The notes beneath the pieces were generated by a model that saw only the letters and a program-made list of their open reading frames with translations, ran no database searches and was not told the origin of the DNA. Positions 38,512-50,220 of a stretch of DNA of 64,000 nucleotides are shown here, one piece after another; the stretch's first letter is position 1; each line of letters starts with the position of its first letter. The stretch covers positions 77,500,001 through 77,564,000 of the forward strand of contig OX597821.1 of the NCBI GenBank assembly GCA_951406725.2, given 5' to 3'. A program made the translations under genes and the position numbers. Source of the stretch: Octopus vulgaris. Its lineage: Eukaryota.

Positions 38512-38998
38512 AGTAAGGATTACAGAAGGGAGAGTCAGACTTACAGACGGAGCAGTAAGGATTACAGAAGGGTGAGTCAAGATTACAGAAGGGAGAGTCA
38601 GGATTACAGAAGGGAGAGTCAGGATTACAGAAGGGAGAGTCACGATTACAGAAGGGAGAGTCACGATTACAGAAGGGAGAGTCAGGCTTACAGAAGGGAC
38701 AGTAAGGATTACAGAAGAGAGAGTCAGGATTACAGAAGGGTGAGAAAAGATTACAGAAGGGAGAGTCAGGATTACAGAAGGGAGAGTCAGGCTTACAGAA
38801 GGGACAGTAAGGATTACAGAAGGGGGGAGTCAGGATTACAGAAGGGAGAGTCAGGATTACAGAAGGGAGAGTCAGGCTTACAGAAGGGACAGTAAGGATT
38901 ACAGAAGGGAGAGTCAAGATTACAGAAGGGTGAGTCAAGATTACAGAAGGAAGAGTCAGGATTACAGAAGGGAGAGTCAGGCTTACAGAAGGGACAGG
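38512..38998. repeat. 20/21-bp minisatellite, about 23 copies
   Basis: Unit GGATTACAGAAGGGAGAGTCA with a recurring variant GGCTTACAGAAGGGACAGTAA. Confidence 0.95.
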
Positions 38999-39074
38999 AA
39001 GGCTGGCATCGACCATGTTTGGTTGGTGCATTTTATGTGCCACTGGCATTGGGAGCCAGTCAGGTGGCACTGGT

Positions 39075-39107
<33 letters not shown>

Positions 39108-39171
39108 ATTCAAAATGTGACCGCGTGTGTACCGTTGACGATTTTTTTTCCTCTGTCTTCCCTTCTCCTAT

Positions 39172-39206
39172 GTTTCCGATGAAGAGCTCCGCTCGAAACG
39201 TTAAAC
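39172..39206 (+). ncRNA. Degenerate minimal hammerhead motif inside a (TA)n-flanked PLE-like end (about 39109-39299)
   Basis: GTTT-CCGATGA-A-GAGC(TCC)GCTC-GAAA-CG-TT^AAAC, with a U4->C change in the core. A related, more decayed copy lies at 47513-47547 (ttctgtcaaagagcataggctcgaaatgtaaaag). Confidence 0.5.
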
Positions 39207-39296
39207 CCTCCTTCTTTCCTGAGCGTCTAATAATACTATATTTGTTCCACGTCCTCGTGTTGTTGTGTTTTTTTGTGCTTTCTTGTTTGGATTAAC

Positions 39297-39348
<52 letters not shown>

Positions 39349-39761
39349 CACACACACATATATATATGTACATATATATATAAAGAAGCATTGGTTATAG
39401 AACAAGCATTAAACTTGGGTCAACGACTTTACATACAAGGCCCCACCCCTCAAACATTTAATCATATATAAAAATCACCATGGTACCCAAACACAAAAAA
39501 TAATACATATACATAAAATCACAGAAGGTAAAAATATATAATCGAATGAAATACAAATAGAACGGCCTATCAAAAAGTTAAATATAAACGGCTAAAAATT
39601 CAAAAACTACCAAAAGATCTAATAGACAAATAAAGGTAAAGGTAAAAAAAATAAAATAAAATAAATATCCATCGACTAAAAAAGTTTTAACAGATGATTA
39701 AAATATTTTTTTTAAATTCAAAAAAAATTTTTTTTAAATATTTGAAAAAAGTCTTTTACTT

Positions 39762-39810
<49 letters not shown>

Positions 39811-41301
39811 TTATTTATTTATTTAGCTTAGGTAAATATTTTATCGCATCTTTAATTTTTTTCTATAAGGTATGATTTAATTATATCATTGTTGAATTAC
39901 TACATGGTGGTTCTTCTCTAATTTATATATATGTAATATATATTGTGAAATTTGATTCAGTATTACTAAATTGAATTTTTCCCTGTAAGTTTGGAATTAT
40001 ATTCCTTAATATTATTATTATTATTACATATATATAGATATAGATATATATATATGCATACATACATATATACATACACACATATACATACATAACACAT
40101 ACACACACACAAAAATGGATGTATAGATACAACCATTATCCTCATTACTTAATTAATGTCTGCTTTCCCAGCTCATAAGCATGTGGGTGATGAGTGATTG
40201 CCATCCACATGCCCTGTCTCTCTCTCTCTCTGAATATATAAATGTGTGTATGTGTGTGTGTATATACATGTGTGTGTATATATACGTGTGTGTGTATGTG
40301 TGTATTTTCTATGCTAAAACATTAGCAAAAAGTATTACAACTACAAAACAAAGTCCATCTTGGTGGTTCAGACACATCTATTTGCTATTTAATGTAAGAG
40401 GGATGATTGAGTCAGCATCACTACCACCACCACCACCACCACCACCCCCTTCCTCCATGTCATATGAGGTTACGGAAAGAGGGGGGCTTGTTTCTGGGTC
40501 TTTTGTTTTTATTATTTCATTTCACCATTTCACATTCATTCTTCCCCACCACCACCACCACTACTACTCTGCAGCCAAGCCCTAACCCTACAACCCCCAC
40601 CAGCACCAGTTGTTACAGCTGCCATGGTGAAGGTTCAGTGAGTTCTATAAAAATAGGGGATCTGTGTCAAACAAATAGTCGCAGAGAAAACCAACAGAAA
40701 ATACTTCAAGAACTGTTAAATGTGAAGTGGTTCTCTTGGGTTCACAGATTGGTTTAATAACAACAACAACAACAACAGGGGCAGACAGGGTTAATCTGTT
40801 TCTACATTACAGGGGGTGGGGGACCTCCCCTCCTCCCCCCCCCGTGCTTCCTCCCTTTTTATTTGGTACTGCTTCATTCTTTGTTGTATTTATTGAAGAG
40901 AGGGATATGGACAGAGAAAGCATGGGGGTGGGTAGAGTGGTGTCACATAAAAAGCATCCGTGCTGGTGCAACATACAATACATCCAGGCTGGTGCCATGC
41001 AAAAAGTACCCATGTTGGTGCCACATTAAAAGCACTCGTGCTGGTGCCATGAACGAAGCACTCGGGCTGGTGTCGTGTAAAGAAGCACCCGTGCGGGTGT
41101 CACATAAGTAGCACCTGTGCTTGTGCCATGTAGTTGAATCAATCAACCCCTGGACTTTATCTTATTCCTTTTTAAACTAGATGCTCATTCTACCGGTCTC
41201 TTTACTTGAACTGCTAAGTCATGGTGATATAAACAAACTGAAACTGGCTGTCACGTGGTGGTGGTGGTGGTGGACATACACAGACCAAAGACATGCACGC
41301 A

Positions 41302-41345
<44 letters not shown>

Positions 41346-41520
41346 CCGGAGTAAGCACATAAATGTGAAACAAGGTGGAAAAAAGAGTACTCAAATAACA
41401 GAGGTAGAGTAATATGCTTTATTTAAAAGCAGCAGAAATATAACAAAAGCTGTTACTCAGAGTTTCACGTTCCCGTTCATCAGACAGTTTTGTTAACAAA
41501 ATTGTCCGACGAACGGGAAC

Positions 41521-41522
<2 letters not shown>
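41346..41522 (-). mobile_element. Short (TA)n-flanked hammerhead-bearing element with inverted 5' duplication (PLE-like)
   Basis: (TA)n on both sides. 41495-41522 is an inverted partial copy of 41467-41494, centred on TTTTGTTAACAAAA. Confidence 0.65.
41441..41495 (-). ncRNA. Minimal type I hammerhead ribozyme
   Basis: The minus strand reads taacaaaaCTGT-CTGATGA-ACG(GGAA)CGT-GAAA-CTCTGAG-TA^ACAGcttttgtta. The core is intact, with a GNRA-capped stem II, quasi-palindromic stem III and a ~12-bp bulged stem I. Predicted cleavage lies between 41454 and 41453. Confidence 0.85.
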
Positions 41523-41578
<56 letters not shown>

Positions 41579-42325
41579 GGCTTCTTTCAGTTTCCATCAA
41601 CCAGATCCACTTATAAAACTTTTGGTTGACCCAGGGCTATGAAAAGCAATTGCCCAAGATGCCACGCAGGTGACTGCATCCAGAACCATGTGGTTGGGAA
41701 GTAAGCATCTCACCACACAGCACATCTATTTTCTCATGCATGTGTTGCATTCTTGAGCTACAAAAATCTGTAAACCAGGCAATGCTAATGTCTGGCTCTT
41801 GTCTTCTTTGGACGCACAGACAGAACATGACCACATCAACATTTGGTCATTAACTCTTTGCTGATTGGCTGGTTGCAAGGACACTATTGGTTTGTAAACT
41901 ATTTATGGTATGACATCAGATTCGTTCTCATAATCATTCAACATCCATTTCCCATGCTGACATGGGTCGGATGGTTTGACCGGAGCTGGTGAGCCAGGGA
42001 AATTCACTCTCAAGTCTTTGGTCAGTTTGTGGCAACATAAGAGGAAACACTTGCTCAAAGTGCCATGCAGTGGAACTGAACCCAAGACCACACAGCTGTG
42101 TCTTTCTACACATTAGGCAAAAAAGGTAAATGAATCCTCGTTCAGTTTCAATGTGTATTTCAGTTATTCAAACAATGAAATTACCTACTCATTGACTCAT
42201 AGTGTATGTGGCTGAGTACACCACAGCTACACATAACCTTCACTTAATTCTCAGACTGTGCAAGAAAAAGCAGACATTTTGAATTACAAACACAGTTCAT
42301 CTGATAAGCTTCCATTAAAAAAACA

Positions 42326-42401
<76 letters not shown>

Positions 42402-43202
42402 ACATGCATGCATCCACCAATAATGGATAGAACAGATAAAGATCCTTCCCGAGTCATACAGATTCAATGGAGCATATATTTTCCTCTCCAAGAGGATGCT
42501 GCCAGTCCTGTTGAAGGGGAACATATATGTGCCATGGGGAAAATGTGCCACATGTGTCACAGAATTACTCACTTTCTCCAACTGAGTGGACTGGAGCTAC
42601 ATGAAATGAAGTGTCTTGCTCAAGAACACAACACATCACCAGTACTAGGAATCAAAACCACAATCTTATGATCATGAGCCCCAAACCCTAACTGCTAAGC
42701 CAAACGTACCTCACACACCAACGTGCATGCACATACTCAGACATTTCTTTATCTAGCTGACCTTTATCAATCATCATATGCAAGAGATTAAGGGATCACA
42801 TCAAACTGCTACTAATTTTAAAGTCTACTGCTTCTTGTATTATCTCTACTTGTTCCTGTTGTCAACCCTCACCAGTTTCCAAGCAAGGAAGTATTTTCCC
42901 GTGGCCGGACATGCTTTTGTAGAATACTGGAAATGAATGATATTCATTTAAAACAATCAAACAATGTCAAGACAAGGATGGACACACACACATTCTTTTC
43001 AGAGTCTTTTCTTTTCTTTTACTTGTTTCAGTCATTTGACTGCGGCCATGCTGGAGCACCGCCTTTAGTCAAACAAATTGACCCCAGGACTTATTCTTTG
43101 TAAAACCTAGTACTTATTCTATCAGGCTCTTTTGATGAACCACTAAGTTACAGGGACATAAACACACCAACATCAGTTGTCAAGAGATGATGGGGGTGGC
43201 AA

Positions 43203-43240
<38 letters not shown>

Positions 43241-43579
43241 GACAGGCTTCTTTTAGTTTCTGTCTGCCAAATCCACTCACAAGGTTTTGGAAGGCCCAAG
43301 GCTATAGAAGAAAATACTTGCCCGAGGTGCCATGCAGTGGGACTGAACCTGGAACCATGTGGTTGGGAAGCAAGTTTCTTACCACTCAGCCATGCCTGCA
43401 TCTATATTTACTTTATACACAACAGGCTTCCATCAGTTTTCATCTACCAAATTCGAAATCGTTCACAAGGCTTTGATAAGCCTAGGGCTACAGGAGAAGA
43501 CACTTGCTGAAGGTATCACACAGTGGGACTGAACTTGAAACCATGTGGTTGGGAGGCAAGCTTCTCAATACACATACAC

Positions 43580-44160
43580 ACACACATCATAGAATTACAT
43601 ATACGACATAGAATTACACACACACCTCACAGAATCACACACACACATCATAGAATCACACACACACACACATAGAATCACATACACATCATAAAATCAC
43701 ACACACACGTCACAGAATCACACAGACACACACACACATCATAGAATCACACACGCACAATCATAGAATCACACACACATAAAATCACACACACATCATA
43801 GAATCACACACACATCATAGAATCACATACACACATAAAATCACATACACACACAATCATAGAATGACACACACACATATCATAGAGTCACACACAATCA
43901 TAGAATCACACACACACACATCATAGAGTCACACACACATCATAGAGTCACACACACATCATAGAATCACACACACACGTCTCAGAATCACACAGAAACA
44001 CACACACATCATAGAATCACACACACACACATAAAATCACATACACACAATCATAGAATGACACACACACACAGAATGACACACACATCATAGAATCACA
44101 TACACACATACAACCACACACACATAGAATGACACACACATAGAATCACACACATCATAG
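43580..44160. repeat. Variable-unit minisatellite CATCATAGAAT(CA)n
   Basis: About 28 repeats of ATAGAATCAC separated by (CA) runs of variable length. Confidence 0.9.
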
Positions 44161-45328
44161 GATGTTCTCTTAGACCAACCAAGAAATTCTTCCAATTTGT
44201 TGTTTCTCTGATACTATTTCAACTTTGGAATGATGTCAACAGTTTTAAAATAATATTTTCTAAGAATCTCCATGTCTGTAGCAACTGACGTTGTGGAAAA
44301 CCAAACACACACACACACAAACACAAACAGCAACAGAAACACCAACAAAAAGGAAAAAAAAACACATACAAAATACAAAAAACACATAAAAAAAGAAATA
44401 ATATAGAATAGTGTGGGAGTTTGGAAAGGGAAAACAAAAAACAAAAGTAGACAAACTAACAAAGTAAAAAAAAAGAAAAACCTAACATAACATTGTAACA
44501 TAAGTGAAAGTTGTTGAAGTCCAGATTGGATCTGCGGACCAGGCATCTACAGCTGAGTGAAAGCTGTTAGTTCATTATCTTCATGTTCAGAAGAAACAAT
44601 CCGAAAACAACCACCAACCTCACTACAGCCTCCACCACCATCACTACCATCACTGTCATTATCAACACCACCTCAAACACCAACAGCATATAAACTTTCA
44701 CGTATACCCCTATATATCTCAAAACACACACAAACACACAACACCAAGTCTCCCAACACTCAAAGCTTTATTTTTCTACTTCATAACTCCATACTGCAAA
44801 AGTAAAAACTATTAGTGTTCTCATCTTGGGAGTTTGTTTATAGAGAAATTCGAGAAAAAATGAGGAGGGGAAAAAGAAAAGGAAGATGGGGAAAGTAAAA
44901 AAACATAAGAAAAAAGATCTGAAATAAACAACAAATGAAGATGTCATGTTAAATTTCTGTACATATGTAAGTAAACTGACTTCAATAAAAACACAATAAA
45001 TTACATTAATGACGTCTTTTCACTGAGTTTCATGATGTCTCTTGACTATGTATACATTGAGATGGTATTGTTGGTGTTGATGTCGCTGTTTAGCTCTAAG
45101 GCAGCCTCAATGAAGCAGACAATCTAAAGTATTCAAAGACACGAGTGTCTAGTTTTTTTTTTTTTTCAAACACTGTGTGTCCTAGACTACATTATCCAAT
45201 GTGTCCTCTGACCATTTTTAAGGGGATCGAGTGGGATATGTGATATATTTTGCAGCTATTTCTAGCAAGGTCAAGTGACCATACAGACTTTGTTACAGGT
45301 TAATCAGATATATATATATATATGTGTG

Positions 45329-45635
45329 TGGAGGTGCAATGGCCCAATGGTTAGGGCAGCGGACTCGCAGTTGTAGGATAGCGGTTTTGATTCCCAGACC
45401 AGGCGTTGTGAGTCTTTATTGAGCGAAAACACCTAAAGCTCCACAAGGCTCCGGCAGGGGCTGGTGGCAATCCCTGCTGTACTCTTTCGCTACAACTTTC
45501 TCTCACGCTTTCTTCTGTTGGCCTGCCCGCTTAGCCAGCGGGGTGGCTTCATTTGAAGGCTAAAGCAATGCGAAGCACATTGTGACCAGCGATGTGTAGC
45601 AACATCTGATAGCCTGGCTGGTCGCGGTGATCACA

Positions 45636-45640
<5 letters not shown>
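45329..45640 (+). mobile_element. tRNA-derived SINE flanked by (TA)n
   Basis: GGAGGTGCAATGGCCCAATGGTTAGGGCAGCGGACTCGC...GGTTTTGATTCCC gives an A/B-box-like head. Confidence 0.65.
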
Positions 45641-45708
<68 letters not shown>

Positions 45709-46850
45709 GTATATATAAATAGATAGATAGATAGATAGATATATGTATTTATTTATATATATATATGTGTGTGTATGCATGCATATATATATATATAAAT
45801 ATATATATAGCAATGTCTTCTCACTTATATGTGTCAATAGACACCACCACCCCCAGGTGTGGTAATAGGCTTCTTTCAGTTTCCATCTATCAAATCCATG
45901 CCACTCAATAGGTTTTGGTCAGCCAGGGTCTAGAATAGAAAACACTTGCTGATGGTGCTACACAGTGGCACTGAACTCAAAACCACATGGTTGGGAAGCA
46001 AGCTCTTGAACCACAGAGCCACCATAAATCTGGGAGGCTTTTACTTCAAATGTGGACGCTTTAGAATAAGCAGTCAGCATTATTGTATGGTACCTGATGC
46101 AAGATGAATTTTTATTGTTACTTCATTGTATAGGAACTCAACCAAATTTGATGATTTGGGGAAAAAATTAAAAACTCTTTTTTTTTTGTCTTTACAGTCT
46201 ACCAGTTTGCATAAAGACTAGGTTTTATTTGGTGTTAAAAAGGAATTCTTCCTGCAACAAGCCACGTTCAGCCTTTTTTAGCACATTACTAAGTTATGAT
46301 TAATAACAGTGGCTGAGAGAGATGTTTAACCAAATAAGTATTACACAATTTAATTTGATTATTCTAACCACATGGCTTAATGGTTAGGATGTTGTGCTCA
46401 TGATTGCCAGATCAATGGTTCAATTCATGAACTGGGTAGTATAATGTGTTCTTGAGCAAAACACTTCATGTAATTCTAGTGCTGCGTGGGCATTGGCATG
46501 TCAAAGAATAGACCCAACAATTCTTCTGTATGTCATGCAAAGGTAACTAAAAGAGGTTGATGTAGGGTTTGCACTCTGACCTTGTAAAACCCTCACCAGC
46601 AACAACTACACAAAACAGACCCATAGATTGAAGGGTTGTCACCTGAGTGGTGCTAAGATGTCATCCACAAGAAGTGGTAGGGAATCACCAACAAAATGGT
46701 AGATGCAGGGACACGCTGTTACAGCACATATCCCCATGCTACTATTACAGCCCTAGGTTTTGAGAGCATATGTATGCACATATATATAAAAGCGTATGTA
46801 TGCATATATATATAAAAGTGTGTGTGTGTGCATGCGTGCGTGTGTGTGTA

Positions 46851-47468
46851 CAGGATGCAGTGAATAAATTGTCGTCTAAATTACGCAAAAATAAAAATAA
46901 CACTGACATCTCATTTTAACTGACATATTTACCAAAATTACATTAAAATATCTTGAAATACTAAAGAGTAAATTTATTCAATAAGATTGACATTGGCTTC
47001 AACCACAGCCTCCAGACGACTTTAGAATCTCCTGCAACTCTTCTGGGTGGTCTCCTTATTTAAGCTGGTGAATGCTGCCATAATCTTTGCCTTCAGTTCA
47101 TCTTTGGTATTACAAGGAATTTTGTTGGTCTCTTGCTCAACTGCACACCACACATAATAAACAAGGGGGTTGCAGTCTGGGGAGTGGCCAGATGTTATGG
47201 GTGATGTGGTTGTAGAAATTGTCTGACAGCCATGACTGGGTTCTCCTTGCTTGTGTGGCATGGTGCAGAGTCCTGTTGCCAGACATAGGGTCTTCCAGCA
47301 GCACACCCTTTTGGCCCAGGGCAGCACTACCTCCTCCAGACACTTGATGTAGGCCTCTGTGTTGAGACAGAGGCCATGTAGGAAGATGAACGGAGGCATG
47401 AGATCACCATCACTAGTGATCACTCCAAACACCATGAAGTTGACTGGATGTTTGATCTTTATCACTCT
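46851..47468 (-). mobile_element. Tc1/mariner (maT/DD37D-like) transposase 3' remnant with right end
   Basis: KHPVNFMVFGVITSDGD.MPPFIF..GL.LNTEAYIKCLEEVVLPW / YVWQQDSAPCH / SPDCNPLVYYVW.AVE.ETNK...ELKAKI...CRRF*.RLEAVVEAN. The end TA|CAGG lies at about 46851. Confidence 0.85.
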
Positions 47469-48183
47469 CAGTACATGTCCTCAGCTGGGTTGGTAACAAA
47501 AGGATTAATCCGTTCTGTCAAAGAGCATAGGCTCGAAATGTAAAAGACTTTTCCATTTTTCCTGAGCATTAAACTAATACACCTGCTTCTTGTTCCTACA
47601 CCAGTCTTTGTCTTTTGTTTTCTGTAAATTTGAACTACACACACACATATACACACACACACACATATATTTTAACATATTAAAAAAATCCTTGATTTTC
47701 ATATGTATATACATACACAGACAAACAAGATAGATATGCCCAAAACATCGAGTGCTGTGTTCAAGACAACTTGAGGATCGTCAGTGACTAAATGAACAGT
47801 AAATGGGTGAGCAGGGTAGTAGAAGGGTAGGCTACCACTGGTGCAAATAGCTACAAGGACATGCGGCAACGTGACATGCGGTAGCAGTAGTGGTGGTGGC
47901 AGTGGTGACAACAGCAGCAGCAGCAGTCCGCTATAGCTCCACATTTAACAATAAGTCAACATTTATGTATTAAAAGCATCTGTAAATGTGTGCATGTGTG
48001 AGAATGTATGAGTGCACATCTGTTTAGCACAAATTTAAACACATGACACACACACACATGCACACACACCTGATCACTCATTCATTCAAAAACAGTTTTA
48101 TTTCATTGGTGCTACAAATCTTTCATTATACACATGCAGCTGCACAACCAAATGCACATAAAATACATATGTATATATGTATA

Positions 48184-48231
<48 letters not shown>

Positions 48232-49288
48232 TTCATAATTAATGTCGAGAATAGCAACAAAGACAAATTTTTAAAAAAACGTTTAAAACAGGTTGTTTGA
48301 CATCAAGTGAGAGATTAATGAAGTCAAAATGTTGTTGAAATTTCAAGTTTAAACTCTTGTTCAGAAAGTGACATTATTATTAGATGAGAGGAAATTATAG
48401 AGGAAGGTGGGGTGGGGGGTAGTGTGGGTGTGAATAATAGAGAAACTTATGTGAATGTATCTGTATTTATATCTCTGTGTGTGTACGGATAAACACACGC
48501 ACATTACGCAAAAAGCACCATCCGTTCGTGTCCGTTGCCAGCCTCGCCTGGCCCCCGTGCCGGTGGCACATAAAAAGCACTATCCATTCGTGGCCGTTTG
48601 CCAGCTCTGTCTGGCACCTGTGCGGGTGGCACGTAAAAAGTACCCACTATACTCACGGAGTTGTTGGCGTTAGGAAGGGCATCCAGCCGTAGAAACACTG
48701 CCAGATCTGACTAGGCCTGATGAAGCCTTCCGGCTTCACAGACCCCAGTTGAACCGTCCAACCCATGCTAGCATGGAAAACGGACGCTAAACGATGATGA
48801 TGATGATGATGATGTACGTATGTATATCATCATCATCGTCGTTGTCATCATCGTTTAACATCTACTTTCCAAGCTGGCATGGGTTGGATGGTTTCACTGA
48901 GGACTGACTGGCAAGCCAGGAGGCTGCACCACGCTCTAATATGCTCAGGCAAGGTGTCTACAGTTGGATGCCCTTCCTAATGCCAACCAGTCCGAGAGTG
49001 CAGTGGGTGCTTTTTATGTGCCACCGACATGGGAGCCAGTCTGGTGCTTTACACGTGCCACTACCACAATATATATATATATATATATATGGGTGCAGTT
49101 CTGATTTTAATAGGCACAGACATGGCTGTGTGGTTAAGAAGCCTGTTTCCTAACTATGTCATCTTGGGTTCAATCCCATTGTGCAGCCCCTTAGGCAAGT
49201 ATCTTCTACAACAGCCCTGGGCCAATCAAGGTCTTGTAAGTGAGCAAAAGGAAGCTGAAGAAAGACCATATGTGTGTATAAGTGTATT

Positions 49289-49323
<35 letters not shown>

Positions 49324-49526
49324 CACACATACATACCAAAAGCTTGATAGACCAATGAATATCGGATATTGGTAAGTTTGAAGAATCAAAAGAGCAGAAT
49401 ATTGAAAATTTGAAATGAAACCTCAATATCAAATTCCATGACAAAGGCTAAAACAACACCATCATCATCATCATCATCATCATTTAACACCAGTTTTACA
49501 TATTATGACCAACTGGACAGTTTGAC

Positions 49527-50220
49527 AGGAGCTGGCAAGGCCAGGAATTAGCAAGGTCAGGAGCTGGCAAGGCCAGGAATTAGCAAGGTCAGGAGCTGGC
49601 AAGGCCAGGAGCCAATAAGGCCAGGAGCCAGCAAGGCCAGGAGCTGACAAGGCCAAGAGACAGCAAGGCCAGGAGCCAGCAAGGTCGGAGACGGTAAGGC
49701 CAGGAGCCGTTAAGGCCAGGAGCCAGTAAGGCCAGGAGCCGGTAAGGCCAGGAGCCAGCAAGGTCAGGAGCCTGCAAGGCCAGGAGCCAGCAAGATCAGG
49801 AGCTGGTAAGGCCAAGGAGCCACCAAGGCCAGGAGCTAGCAAGGCCAAGAGCTGGTAAGGCCAGGAGCCAGCAAGGCCAGGAGCCAGCAAGGCCAGGAGC
49901 CAGCAAGGCCAGGAGCCAGCAAGGCCAGGAGCTGGTAAGGTCAGGAGCTGGTAAGGTCAGGAGCTGGTAAGGCCAGGAGCCGGTAAGGCCAGGAGCCAGC
50001 AAGGTCAGGAGCCTGCAAGGCCAGGAGCCAACAAGGTCAGGAGCTGGTAAGGCCAAGTGCCAGCAAGATCAGGAGCCGGCAAGGCCAGGAGCCAGCAAGG
50101 CCAGGAGCTGGTAAGGCCAGGTGCCAGCAAGGTCCAGAGCTGGTAAGGCCAGGAGCCAGCAAGGCCAGGAGTTGGTAAGGTCAGGAGCTAGTAAGGCCAG
50201 GAGCCAGCAAGGCCAAGAGC
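49527..50220. repeat. 16-bp minisatellite, about 43 copies, expanded inside a family C repeat
   Basis: Unit GGAGCCAGCAAGGCCA / GGAGCTGGTAAGGTCA. The flanks continue family C sequence. Confidence 0.95.

Noticed and set aside
38512-38998. Repeat array superficially like a CRISPR (also 43580-44160 and 49527-50220)
   Set aside because: There are no unique spacers and no cas genes, and the context is eukaryotic. These are ordinary minisatellites.
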